Source: Mayamaea pseudoterrestris (lineage: Eukaryota). Taken from it: 64,000 nt of DNA. Location of the stretch: assembly GCA_027923505.1 (NCBI GenBank), contig BROI01000015.1, positions 372,001 to 436,000 of the forward strand, given 5' to 3'. The notes below the pieces were generated by a model. That model searched no databases, was not told the origin of the DNA, and saw only the letters and a list, made by a program, of their open reading frames with translations. The position numbers were made by a program, and so were the translations under genes. How positions within the stretch are numbered: position 1 is the first letter of the stretch; the number at the start of each line of letters is the position of its first letter. Below are positions 22,801-33,858 of this stretch, in pieces.

Positions 22801-23763
22801 AGTCAGCTGGCCACCGTCTTTAGTGCGTTGATTCACGATGCTGATCATCAAGGTGTGCCAAACTGCCAGCTGATAAAGGAAAACCAAGCAGTCGCGCAGA
22901 TGTACGACAACAAGAGTATCGCCGAGAACAATTCCATCGCCGTTGCCTGGCAGTATTTTATGCTCGATGACTTTGAGCCGCTCCGCGCATTCATCTGCCC
23001 ATCAGCCGAAGAAGAAACACGTTTTAAAGAGCTGATCACAGTATGCGTCCAGGCAACGGACATTGCTGATAAGGAACTAGCAGCCGACCGCAACTCACGA
23101 TGGAAGAAGGTTTTTTCGGCCGAGAACTCGGACTCAACGGAACAGAATTCTCTCAAAGCGCAAATTGTGCTGGAGCACTTAATTCAGGCCTCCGACATTT
23201 GCCATACCATGCAGCATTGGCATATTTACATGGTACGTTATCAAGAGTTCTTTCTGACGAGCTTCTTGTTGTTATGTACAGCGTTTCACTCAACAACTCT
23301 TTCTTCATTTCGCCGAGACAGAAATGGAACGAGAGACTTTTCAAAGAAATGTATACGGCTTTCTTGGAAGGACGATCGGAGAAGGTTAGTACCCTTCAAC
23401 GGTATGTGGTGCTTATTCCACGCAACATAAGTTATCTAACATGTCTGTTTCTCAAAACACTTATTGCAGAATCCGTCCGAGTTCTGGTATGAGGGTGAGA
23501 TTGGCTTCTTCGACTTTTACATTATTCCGCTCGCACAAAAGTTATATGAGTGTGGCGTCTTTGGAGTTTCTAGCGACGAGTTTTTGAATTATGCCCGGCA
23601 TAACAGACAAGAGTGGGAGCTCAAGGGACGGCAAGTCGTAGCGCAATATGTGGAAAAGTATTGCAAACCAGAGCATGTTGCCGCAGCAAAATTGACTCTC
23701 GCAACGGAAGAGGCAGTAGCGGCAGCAGTCGAGAGCACTCCAAGTGGGCTCCTCTTCTTGTAA
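19895..23763 (+). CDS. Receptor-type class III nucleotide cyclase fused to a class I cyclic-nucleotide phosphodiesterase (TM-CHASE-like-TM-cyclase-PDE); exons 19895-20144, 20221-21622, 21693-22035, 22117-22206, 22291-23232, 23322-23384, 23470-23763
   Basis: Cyclase motifs VLFADIAGFT, KVETVGDCY and RFQLFGDTMNTAARVES; PDE motifs FHNFEHA, LIHDADH and QASDICH. Six GT-AG introns restore a single frame. Confidence 0.92.
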
Positions 23764-25171
23764 ATAATATTTAATAAGGGGTTTCATATGACAATGTTTT
23801 CACTTCTAGGTGAAGCAGCGTGTAATAAAGTCTCTCATGACAACATTCCATAAAGTTGTGAAAAGATAGCTGGAATGTCGCATCGAAAGTGACTGTGACT
23901 GAAACGCCGATTCGCGCATCGCCCGTTTTCCGATGATGATCGAGGCTCGAGGCCAATTGCCAATTACCCTGCAAGGCAAGAGGGCGCATTGTTCGACCGA
24001 TCATGACGCCAAGAACAGCAATGCGTAGTGCCTTTCAATTCCCCTGGCGTGAAATTTCGCGGGGCGTCGCCTGCTGTCCAAGCAGTCTGGACGATCCCCG
24101 CGTGCACCGTGTCATTCGATCGGGTTGCCATTCGTCATCATATTCGCAACTAATAACGGAGAACAAGTTACTCTGGGGATAGCTCGCAGAAATACATGTA
24201 GCAAACTTTGATGAAGCAGTTCCAAGACCTGATAGGCAGCAAAGACGGCTACAATGATACGCTTCGGGAGCGTCGGCAGAACTTTCCGGCGAATTTTCGG
24301 TTCGACTGCTGAGATGAAAATCGAACGTTTTTCTTTCTATCTTAAAATGATTTACTACGATAGGTCGATCATGGCGAAACCAAACATCGTGAAGCACTAT
24401 CGTGAGTGTATTCGACGCGCGAAACAACACACAACGTTCCATGGTCGTTTCGAACTCTCACAGCGCTCAAAGGCGACGCAACTCGCAATGCTTAGGCTCT
24501 TTGCAACAAAGAGTTACTTTCGATGACATTTTCGGTCTACCGGTATACCTGCCAACGTTGTTAAACTATGGACAAGCTGCCGCCCGACTTTGGTGCCCCG
24601 CTTTGGCGGATTGATTCTTCCAAGTATCGATTGCATCGATATGTTCTTTTTAGCAGACGAAGCGGGCCATGGGTGGGTGGGCGGCAAGTCAATGCTTTGG
24701 TCGAAAACCTGAAGGGCCTTGCAACGATTGTCGTCAGTCGAATACTACCCAAAGAGCTACATTAAACATTGACAAAGAAAATAGGATGAGGATGGCGCCT
24801 AAACCGGAGATTGAACAAGTAACGTCCGCTGCTTGTTCTCTGTTCGTCTGCAACTAATGGTCTGCATGTGAGCACTGCACACGGCGCCGGCAAGCTGTTA
24901 CTCGCTCACAGCAAGGAGCACTTGTAGCACTCTGATTGGCGGTTTAAGGGTCGCATGCTCTTTTACGCCATGTGCGACTGGATTATGTAAACTGGAGGGC
25001 GAGCTGGCTCATTCATTGCTGGTTGGAGAGTACGACGGCTTTCCAGCCCTTTTCGAACCCGCAACGCCCTGATATTTGGCGACACCTTTGGTTCCTCCTT
25101 CTGGCAGGTATCGCCATTGCTGGCCGAGGACTGTTGATTTGTTTACACAAACGCCGAATCTAACCAACCCT

Positions 25172-25255
25172 TGGTATCGATTCACCGGTCAAGCTTGCCT
25201 CATTCACAGCCGTTGAGCCGCGAAGCAAAAGCCGATCCGCCGGTACAATTTCGCC
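25172..25255 (-). pseudogene. Fragment of a P-type ATPase actuator domain (P5-like)
   Basis: GEIVPADRLLLRGSTAVNEASLTGESIP followed shortly by a stop; no DKTGT domain seen nearby. Confidence 0.7.
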
Positions 25256-26451
25256 TCCAGCATCTTGAATTGCTGCGCTTGGCTGAACAAAACATCCACC
25301 TCCGATGGAACGGACCTTTGCTCCTTTTTTGCGGTTGGTAATCTGCTTCTGCCGGTGTGGCAAAACGCGGTTGAAGCTATAGGTCTTGGCTTGTCGCTGG
25401 ATCGCTATTCGGGGAAGGGTGAGTTGTTTTGTCTCAGCTTCGCTTCGCTAAAGTCAAAATATCGAGGCGCCTCATTTTGGAAGACGAAGAGAGTGCCCAC
25501 GGATATAATTTAGGTCTGTTAAAAATCACGGGTTCCGCTGGCGATGCAGCTGGCGGCGATGATCGTTCATGAGCGATCCGACACAACGCTCAAGCTGGGT
25601 ATGCCCTTTACATTGGTACGGCTGATGTTTACCGCTTTGTCGACGAGCCAGCCATGTTGGAGTAATCACTTGTTTTCGGAAGTCAATCAAGACTGGCAAG
25701 CGCGCTGGGGACGTGCATGTCATGCTGTTCGTCAAGAAAAAAGACTGCGTAAAAAGCGCATCTGACAAAATTAGGCTAGCAAAACAAATTGTGTACAACA
25801 GAAGCGGTAAGAAATTGGAGATTGCTTTCCGCGATCGTTTTGCAGGAGTTGAATCTAAAACGTTGGAAGGTTCTTTCCGCGGCGTTTGGCGAGCTTCGGG
25901 TCAAGGTTATAATGGTTTGCATAGAAGGTGCGGTTATCTGCTTGGCTCTCCAAACTCGACCAAATTGCAAAAACAGTGTTGTAAACACTGGCAATATCTA
26001 TCAATCACGGTGGTTGGTACGACGCATCCGTGGCGATTGCTACCGGTATCAAAACTCAGCGCGTTCAGCTCATGATGTCGCGGTCTTCTTACCGTCGGGA
26101 AGCGGCCAATTCTACAAACTTCATGCTTTATTTGTCTTTCCCTTTGCTTGATAAACATAGAGGTAGATACGAAAGGTAGGATCGTGCCTTATAACATAAC
26201 TAACTTGGTTTCCGGTGCTACTAAACCTTATAAAATCCAAATGCCGAAAACTGGAGTAGCCCCACTTTAAGCGCGAATGAAAACCTCAAAACGCACCCAA
26301 CGCAAGAAAAAAGGTCATCAGCTTCACTTGGAAAACTCGAGGCGAACAGTGAAGGGCAAACAAGTCGGAGCAAAGTAAACCAGGACTTGACCTCAAGTTA
26401 AAGAGTAACAAGATAACAAGCAGCAGAGCGAATTGCGGCTATAACGTTATA

Positions 26452-29400
26452 ATGTCGCAATTCAAGACGGGGCTTTCAAATGACTCGTTGCGCAGCAGCA
26501 GTCGTCGGCAGAAGCCGTCAACCGATGAGAACGACTTGATTGCAGGCGACGAGTTTTTCAAGGTGACAGAGTCCTGGGACATTCAAAACAGTTTCATGGC
26601 TAAGCGAGAGCTGGACCATTCTGTTGCAGATGATAAAGATGAGTCATCGCTGCGCGAGAAAGGAGCAAAGGAAAGTGGCACGACGCAGCAGTCATCTCGC
26701 ACCTCTCTTGGTAGCTTCATGAAAAACACAGTCTTTGATGCGAGTCGAGCCAAATCTGTGGACATGAATGACGACGACGAAGCATCGCGGGGAGCGTATT
26801 CGACAGTTAGTAAATTGATAAAGGCCAAGAAGCGGCGGAAGAAGATTGCCGAAGTGGACGCTGGTGGGCGAGCAGATTCACCAATTGCTGGCAACATCAA
26901 GTCATCCACTCCAAAGCGAACGGCGCTCGATTTATTAGATGTATTTCTTGCAAAGAACAATCTAACGACTCTTGATGATGGTTTATTGGATGCTGGCGCT
27001 GCCGATGACCAGTCCAGGGGAGCACACAGTACCATGACGGACGTCGTTCGTCGATCAGATAATCGAAGCGTCACTGGCAAGCTTGCTGGCAAGCCATCGA
27101 CTGGAGAAGGACCGATAAATCATATTGACAAAAAGACTGATGATGAGGCAAAGACTCGGTCTCGCAGTCACGCGCGCCGTCGTAGCACGTCGAGACAATC
27201 CAGTCCTATTCGTACTCGACATTCAAGTCCCAGTCGGCAGCGACATAAGAATTTGATAGACAATGAACTGTTTTTATTGAACAAGTCGACTTCGTCCATG
27301 AGAAGTTCAATGCGGAAATCATGTTCAGCACGAGACGACATCATGGATAAATCCAATTCGTCGACGAGGGATTCCACGCGAAAATCAAAATCGGTCCGAG
27401 ATGACATGAACCAGTCGAATTCCTCGCTGGTGAAAAGGTCGAACAGTACGAGAAAACATGCTAGCTCCTCCAAGTCGGACCGGAAATCGATTGCTTCTCA
27501 CTTGAAGGAAGATGAAAAGCATTCCAGTCGCCACAAAAGCGGATCATCCGCCACTGTTTCGGGAGCGCCCATGAGTGACGAAAGCAAAGAGTACATGGAT
27601 TTGCACAAGCGGAGTAGTCGCAACGATGGATCCAAACGGAGTAGTTCGAGGCGTCACAAGGACCTTGACATGCTTTTGTGTAGTGGCAGCAAGTCTTCGC
27701 ATCGAAAGTCGTCTTCGTCAGTCGTGGAGAATCGCGGAAGCAGCAGTCGAAGGCGATCGTCGGACATGATATCGAGCAGCCATAAGTCATCTCGATCAAA
27801 GTCCAAGTCGCGTTCATCCAGAGTCGGTGGTGAAAATCCGGAGGCTGCTGAGCTCATGAGCCTTCTTCATTCCCTGGCCAAAACTTCATCAAAGTCGGAC
27901 GATAAGGCATCAGGTGATGTTGTCCTTGGCGACGGAGAGAATCGGGACAGACGAAAGCATCGAGTTTCTTCTATTCGAAAGGTGTCGCGGCAAGGTTCTA
28001 ACGCTTCTGGTTCTGTCGCACCTCGCAGTAGCAGCCATGAGAGTGCAGTGGTGCTTAAGGAAGAGTCTCCTCGCCATTATGATAATGGCGTCAAGTCTAT
28101 TTTGAAGGAGTCAAAGTATCGAGAAAAATCACCGAGTCGAACTGAACGACGATCGTCTGCCAGGCTTGAGGGTACTAGTAAAGTTGAGTTGGACGAACAT
28201 GGCTTGGTTGTCTCGCCAAGCAGTATAAAACATGGTGAACGGCGAGGTAAATCTCCCAGCAGACGGGAATCGAGGAGGCAACGAAGTGCCAAGGACGAAA
28301 AATTAAAATCGCATCGTGAGTCTTCACCCAGCAGGGCGTCGCGACGCCGAAGTGAGAAGCCGTCATCAACAGCAGAAGAAGTCAAGTCGTCGCGACATCG
28401 CTCGCCTTCTCGAAGCCGACAATCATCAACCAAGGACTCTAGAGAAAAACGATCGTTGCGGCGCTCATCCACCAACACCGATGGCGGTCATGTTGATGCC
28501 GATCGCAAGAATAGACGGCAAGACGGCACAAGAACCGAGAAGAATGAGATTTGCGACTCGAGCAAGCGTCGTGGGCGTGAAAGTAAGCGGTCTGGCGACT
28601 TGCTTTCGTCACACAAGTCGTCTTCAAAAAAGAAGAAGAGTAGCTCTAGCCGGAGAGCAGTCAGCGTTGAACCAACCTCTCACGGCCATCACAGACAGCG
28701 GCGTGCCCAATCAGTGGATCCAATTGGCCGCTCTGGGGGAGACGGAATTGAAATGGTGGATAAGACCAAGGATTATTTCTTGTCACTGTTGAGATCCGGC
28801 TCAGATGAAGACAAGTTTAAAAGTCTGGAGTCGGATGTTATGTCAAGCAAGATGCTATCGATCAGAGGACGATTCAGTGGTGGTGATGATGATGATGCGC
28901 TCCCCCGATTGGAAGACAAGACTCCGGTTTCGCCTGGTGCATTTGCTAAGGTCGGCAAGATTGATGATGACGATGACCTAAGATCCGTGTTGAGTGCCAG
29001 CAACATGCCGGAACTGCCGTTTGCTAGCAAGATGAGAACGGGGGAGGCACTTGGACTCAATGACAGAGACGGAATCATTGATCTGACGGATAGAACAACA
29101 AGCCCTGTCCATCGCGTTGATCTAATAGATGGAGTCATAGATGTTACAAACAAAGTCGATGAGGCAGTGGACATTAGTTTGGGTACGGCTGACGGAGCTG
29201 ATAGATTCTACGACTCGAACAATGATGCTGGTATTCTTAATAAGGACTCAAACGATTCTGTTAATACGGAGCGCAGTGCAGAACAGGGAACTGCAGGTAT
29301 ATCGAGACGAGGCATTTGGGGTTTAATTCGCAGCCGAATAGCGTCGACGGGTTCAGCGGACGACACCGCACATGGCAAGGATTTGCAACCGGACAGCGAC

Positions 29401-30171
29401 AAACCAGGCAAGCTGGATGTTGACGATGATGCATCTTTCACTACAACATCGGCCGACAAAGGAACAGCTGACAGCAAGCAGGTTTCGTCAACTCCTTTAG
29501 ATGCGGATGCTGTTTCCGATGACATGACGGCGGCGATGTCGGTTTCTCAGCATTCTGTAACCGAAAAATTTTTGAGCGGTCGCGATCGATCTCAGTCCGT
29601 TTCGCCTATTCCGTATGAATCATCTGTTGGGTCTATTGGGAGCTATGACTCGCCGCATGCTGTTTCACCGGTTGGGCACGCATCGGAGAAGGTGTCAAGT
29701 GAGTCGGCCACACTTAAATCAAGAGAATTAAGGGAGTCGAGAAAAGAACGGAAGCAACACTCGACGGACAGCAGGCGGTCGTCAAAGGTCGACCGACGGC
29801 AAGAGAAAGACGACACAAATGCTTCCCCATCTGATTTGGGTTCGAGCTCGCACACTAATCACCGAGATGCATTAAGTCAAGGTCGTGACACTTTGAATGT
29901 TTTAGATGTCAAGGCAGACGAGAATAGTTGTACGTCGCCGACATCTGCAAACTCAATGTACGGTCGGTCATGGAGCAATGAAATTGACGCTCTGGCCCCG
30001 CCATCTTTTAAACAAGAGCCGCTCGTTGTTTATGACGACGAAGATGTATTTTCTATATTCTCGTGGTCCGAGCACATTCAAGATGAACAAAAAAGTCTAC
30101 TACAGCGCAAGTTTCTGAGGGAGTCTTTGCAAATGTCAGCCTTATATCGAGCGATCTACCGAATCAAGTAA
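26452..30171 (+). CDS. Large Ser/Arg/Asp-rich intrinsically disordered protein
   Basis: 1239-aa uninterrupted ORF, low complexity, many RS/SP motifs. Confidence 0.8.
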   Translation: MSQFKTGLSNDSLRSSSRRQKPSTDENDLIAGDEFFKVTESWDIQNSFMAKRELDHSVADDKDESSLREKGAKESGTTQQSSRTSLGSFMKNTVFDASRAKSVDMNDDDEASRGAYSTVSKLIKAKKRRKKIAEVDAGGRADSPIAGNIKSSTPKRTALDLLDVFLAKNNLTTLDDGLLDAGAADDQSRGAHSTMTDVVRRSDNRSVTGKLAGKPSTGEGPINHIDKKTDDEAKTRSRSHARRRSTSRQSSPIRTRHSSPSRQRHKNLIDNELFLLNKSTSSMRSSMRKSCSARDDIMDKSNSSTRDSTRKSKSVRDDMNQSNSSLVKRSNSTRKHASSSKSDRKSIASHLKEDEKHSSRHKSGSSATVSGAPMSDESKEYMDLHKRSSRNDGSKRSSSRRHKDLDMLLCSGSKSSHRKSSSSVVENRGSSSRRRSSDMISSSHKSSRSKSKSRSSRVGGENPEAAELMSLLHSLAKTSSKSDDKASGDVVLGDGENRDRRKHRVSSIRKVSRQGSNASGSVAPRSSSHESAVVLKEESPRHYDNGVKSILKESKYREKSPSRTERRSSARLEGTSKVELDEHGLVVSPSSIKHGERRGKSPSRRESRRQRSAKDEKLKSHRESSPSRASRRRSEKPSSTAEEVKSSRHRSPSRSRQSSTKDSREKRSLRRSSTNTDGGHVDADRKNRRQDGTRTEKNEICDSSKRRGRESKRSGDLLSSHKSSSKKKKSSSSRRAVSVEPTSHGHHRQRRAQSVDPIGRSGGDGIEMVDKTKDYFLSLLRSGSDEDKFKSLESDVMSSKMLSIRGRFSGGDDDDALPRLEDKTPVSPGAFAKVGKIDDDDDLRSVLSASNMPELPFASKMRTGEALGLNDRDGIIDLTDRTTSPVHRVDLIDGVIDVTNKVDEAVDISLGTADGADRFYDSNNDAGILNKDSNDSVNTERSAEQGTAGISRRGIWGLIRSRIASTGSADDTAHGKDLQPDSDKPGKLDVDDDASFTTTSADKGTADSKQVSSTPLDADAVSDDMTAAMSVSQHSVTEKFLSGRDRSQSVSPIPYESSVGSIGSYDSPHAVSPVGHASEKVSSESATLKSRELRESRKERKQHSTDSRRSSKVDRRQEKDDTNASPSDLGSSSHTNHRDALSQGRDTLNVLDVKADENSCTSPTSANSMYGRSWSNEIDALAPPSFKQEPLVVYDDEDVFSIFSWSEHIQDEQKSLLQRKFLRESLQMSALYRAIYRIK

Positions 30172-30211
30172 AATAATGTATTAGTTCAACAAAAATCATT
30201 GTTACTTCATG

Positions 30212-33019
30212 TTACAAATCGTCAACTAACAAGCTCGCCTCGTCGTCCAGCCATCCGTCTTGGGCTTCTTCCACGCGATTTCCAGTTGACAAGTTATTGC
30301 AGCTCGCATTGCCGAAAAAATTCCTGACTAAATCCTTAGTTCCATCCTTGTCCGCAGAGTTTTTAGGTGCACGAAACAAACCTTTGCGCTTTATGCTCTC
30401 GTCTGTTCGTTCGCTGCCAGTCGATCTGCCTGCTCGGTTAGAAAAGTTTCGCATTATCCCTCTTTTTGGCGACAAAATGCTTCCTTCTGTGCTCAAACTT
30501 CGCATCAGAGCACCCCTACCAGCACCTGTCGGCGCTAATGCCTCCAATACAGAGGCATTTCCAACCGTCTCCCTGTTGCTAATATTTCGCACCAAACCAC
30601 GCAAGCCGCGCTGCTGTGGCGGCATCTGCTGGGGCATGTCTTCGTTCGTCTTGTTGCGCACAGGTAGTCGCGGTGCAGCACGTTGAGAAGTTAGCTCCAA
30701 AACTTCCAGTTCCGGTATTTCTGATGCAGCTTCATGAGGCAATGTTTCAGCCTTTTTATGCAGCATGGTCGCGTCAAACTCGTCAATCGAACCGTCTTCA
30801 GACGATTCTGCCACTTGAACGTCTTCATTCGTTTCACACCGTGTCACGCCTGCTTCTGCTCGGAAATCAAACTGCATAAACGCCATACTCTGGTCAAGAA
30901 CAGACTCGGGCATGGCGTATGGATTAATAGTCTGGAAAGCAGGAGATGAGTCACTCCCCGAGCTGCCCATGGACGTGTGAGAGTGCTGCAAAGCACCCGA
31001 GCTTCCGTTGTTTCGTCGTCTGAAACTGTCATGGCCGCTGCTCACATGAGCCTTCGCCTGTTGTTCCTCAGTTGATCTGGCGTCAATCATAGACGGTTGT
31101 CGCACTCGAGAGGCAGGCTTTTTCGAACCGCGATATATGCGAGGCTCGTCTTTGCTGGATGGTTTTAACTTTAAGTCTGTCGAAGCGTGAGCCGACCTAC
31201 GGGTCGATGTTAATACTGGCTGAATTTGCGCTTGAGTCGGCCGCTGCAAGGACGATGCATGCCCATTTTCAGCTGGTTCGACTTGACGCTTGGAGGATTT
31301 CGGTGAAATGATTTGGATCGGTCGTCGAAGTGTCGATGGCGGTGTGCTTTCACTATTGGAGGCCGGTGAAACAAGAACTGGATTCAGCTTCACTGGTTCT
31401 AGCTCCTTAGCGGAAATGGAGCTTGCACTCTCAGCTTGTTCAATTGTTACATCCTCATTATATCCATAGTCAACTGATGGAGCTGAGTAGTCATCCATAC
31501 TCGCTACAGCAAACGAGTGTTCTATGTCCGCTAAGGAGTCGTCTACCAATGTATCGTCATCATGACGCGCCGCAAAGTCTGCAAGCGGATCAATGGATTC
31601 CTCCTCCTCATGCAGCGATTCCTCGCGACTGGCTGACGATGAAATCGTTTTGGCCAAGCGAGCGTGAAACTGTGTTTGGACATAATTGTTAATATAATTT
31701 TTAACATGGTCGTCCGCATCGTCCGACTCGGAAGTTTCGTCTTCCTCTTCATCGTCGCTCAGAGACGTATCTCCAATTATATATTCGTCTTCCTCCTCCT
31801 CGGACAAGTTGACACTAATGTGAAGGTCTTGCTCCTGTCGTCTGAACGACGCACCATTTGTCGTCGTCCACTCTTGCCGCGAGGGTGACTCCTCAAATGT
31901 TTGCGTCGATTGTAAATGTCCACCATCTTCTTCTCCGTTATCCTCCTCATCACGACGCCGCCAGCTTGCGCTACCAATGCTGTTTTCTAACGTTTCGGCC
32001 AAGGTTCCAGAGTCGCGTGGGACTGGAGCGTTTCGATCATTGCGTTGCTGCTTCGCTTGCTTCCACAATTGATGAAGAAGTGCACTATTATGAGCACTGT
32101 CAACTATTGTTTCCGCTCCTTTCGACTCAGTAGTACTAGGCTGCGACTCTTGCGGCGCCGGTATGTCACTGACTTGTCGCTTGGGAAGTTCGGGAGGTGA
32201 GGTGATGTGACTTGTTCGAGGAACAGCCGTACAAGTCCCTACTGATATCGGTGTCTCATTCTCCTCAGTGAATGTAGTCTCGGCTCGATTACGCGTAGAT
32301 CGTTTCTGTGACGGTTTTGGTGGTGTGGGAGGTCGTTGCGGATGTGGTCTAGATGGTAACGTCCTTCCGGTTCCGGCTGATCGACGAGCGTGTCTCTGGT
32401 GCTGCTCATTGCCGCCATCAGAGTCACTGTCATACATTTCAATGCCTTGTACAAGAACCAAAGCAGGGTATTGATGGCCTCCGGGAGTATCCATGTCAAT
32501 AAAGAAGTGAATAGCTCCGTTCCCTCGAGTTCCCTGCACTCGCTTGCGTGATGGACACAGCGGTAATGGTGTCCGATGATGTTGGCCGAGTTTGCTGAAA
32601 TAAGAAATATACGGATGGCTTGGTTTGACACAGGGAGTAACTTCTGATTTTAGAGGACTCATCTGTTGATGATTGTCGTGCACGTGCTGATCGAAAGGTC
32701 GTGATTTTTGAGCAGCAGCGTTCGCGTCATGATTGTCGGAGCGTTTTTTATTGGAATCAGACGCCCTTGGCGTCTCCTCTTCGTGAGAATGCCGACGAGC
32801 CTTCGGCTTGCTGGTACTCGCAGGAGTTGTGGATTTCTTGCTCCTGCTAGGAGATGACGAAGAGGGACGAGTTTCGTTGCTGTGACTACTCGATGGTTTG
32901 GACGTGGCGCGGCGAGGACTGGTCGGGGATTGTTGATCAGTATGCGTGGAAGAACGTGGCGTCTTGCTGTTTCCGCTAGTTCTCTTCCTTCCTCCCTGCT
33001 GTGGATTGTTTTCAAACAT
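30212..33019 (-). CDS. Large disordered Ser/Pro/Glu-rich protein
   Basis: 935-aa uninterrupted ORF, convergent with the previous gene. Confidence 0.8.
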   Translation of the reverse strand: MFENNPQQGGRKRTSGNSKTPRSSTHTDQQSPTSPRRATSKPSSSHSNETRPSSSSPSRSKKSTTPASTSKPKARRHSHEEETPRASDSNKKRSDNHDANAAAQKSRPFDQHVHDNHQQMSPLKSEVTPCVKPSHPYISYFSKLGQHHRTPLPLCPSRKRVQGTRGNGAIHFFIDMDTPGGHQYPALVLVQGIEMYDSDSDGGNEQHQRHARRSAGTGRTLPSRPHPQRPPTPPKPSQKRSTRNRAETTFTEENETPISVGTCTAVPRTSHITSPPELPKRQVSDIPAPQESQPSTTESKGAETIVDSAHNSALLHQLWKQAKQQRNDRNAPVPRDSGTLAETLENSIGSASWRRRDEEDNGEEDGGHLQSTQTFEESPSRQEWTTTNGASFRRQEQDLHISVNLSEEEEDEYIIGDTSLSDDEEEDETSESDDADDHVKNYINNYVQTQFHARLAKTISSSASREESLHEEEESIDPLADFAARHDDDTLVDDSLADIEHSFAVASMDDYSAPSVDYGYNEDVTIEQAESASSISAKELEPVKLNPVLVSPASNSESTPPSTLRRPIQIISPKSSKRQVEPAENGHASSLQRPTQAQIQPVLTSTRRSAHASTDLKLKPSSKDEPRIYRGSKKPASRVRQPSMIDARSTEEQQAKAHVSSGHDSFRRRNNGSSGALQHSHTSMGSSGSDSSPAFQTINPYAMPESVLDQSMAFMQFDFRAEAGVTRCETNEDVQVAESSEDGSIDEFDATMLHKKAETLPHEAASEIPELEVLELTSQRAAPRLPVRNKTNEDMPQQMPPQQRGLRGLVRNISNRETVGNASVLEALAPTGAGRGALMRSLSTEGSILSPKRGIMRNFSNRAGRSTGSERTDESIKRKGLFRAPKNSADKDGTKDLVRNFFGNASCNNLSTGNRVEEAQDGWLDDEASLLVDDL

Positions 33020-33166
33020 CTTGATAGATAGAACAGTTTCTCAACTAGCAATTCTTTGCTTTTCCTCTACCATGGTGCCCATCTTCCTCGGCATGCCGCG
33101 TTTGTCATACTGACGCGTGACGCAGCGGTAAAGTAGTGCAAAATGACCATAATTTAATCGCAATGG

Positions 33167-33555
33167 TACGTCATCAGGCAATAGTAAGAAACGAGTGCTA
33201 GTGTCAATTACGCCACAAGGCAATAGTGCGAAACGAGTGCCAGTGTCAATTACGTCACGAGGCAATAGTGGGAAAAGAGTGCCAGTGAAAACTACGTCAC
33301 GAGGCCATAGTATGAAACGGGTGCCAGTGAAAACTACGTCACGAAGCAATTTGTGAAACGAGTGCCAGTGTCAATTACGTCATACGGCAATAGTAAGAAA
33401 CGGGTGCCAGTGAAAACAGCGTCATAAGGCAATAGTATGAAACAAGTGCCAGTGAAAATTACGTCATAAGGCAATATTATGAAACGAGTGCCAGTGAAAA
33501 CTACGTCATTAGGCAATAGTATGAAACGAGTGCCAGTGAAAACTACGTCATCAGG
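33167..33555. repeat. 42-bp minisatellite, 9 full units plus a partial unit
   Basis: Units start at 33167, 33209, 33251, 33293, 33335, 33376, 33418, 33460, 33502 and 33544. Consensus TACGTCAYNAGGCAATAGTATGAAACGAGTGCCAGTG(AAAAC/TCAAT). Confidence 0.95.
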
Positions 33556-33858
33556 GCTTATACTAAAAAAGAGCTTGTCTTTCTCGATGACTGCTGGATC
33601 GAATTGATGACCGTGGCAGAAGTCTGCGCGACGCATTTTGCCACTGATGAAGAAGCAAGCTTCCGGTCCCAAGTGTTGAGTGTTGCTGGAGTACACCCTT
33701 ACAAGCTTTACAGCGACTATTTTTATTTGCTCATTATATTTCAAAAGACATCCGTATAAACAATATACCGCATAGGCCAAGCACTGCGAGAGAACGCCAA
33801 TCTATCTCGACACCCGACCGCTGACTGGAAGCGAACAGAATCATTTACACATTACACA

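Noticed and set aside
24254..24526. Short ORF with a LYR-like segment (IVKHYRECIRRAK)
   Set aside because: Resemblance is limited to a few residues and the rest of an LYR domain is not evident.
33132..33650. Possible inverted repeats flanking the 42-bp array (AGTGCAAAATG / CATTTTGCCACT)
   Set aside because: Match is short and gapped, with no target-site duplication.
33041..33780. Two minus-strand ORFs with 14-aa repeats (DVVFTGTRFILLP)
   Set aside because: They are translations of the 42-bp minisatellite; a 41-bp unit breaks the frame and the ORFs open on non-ATG codons.
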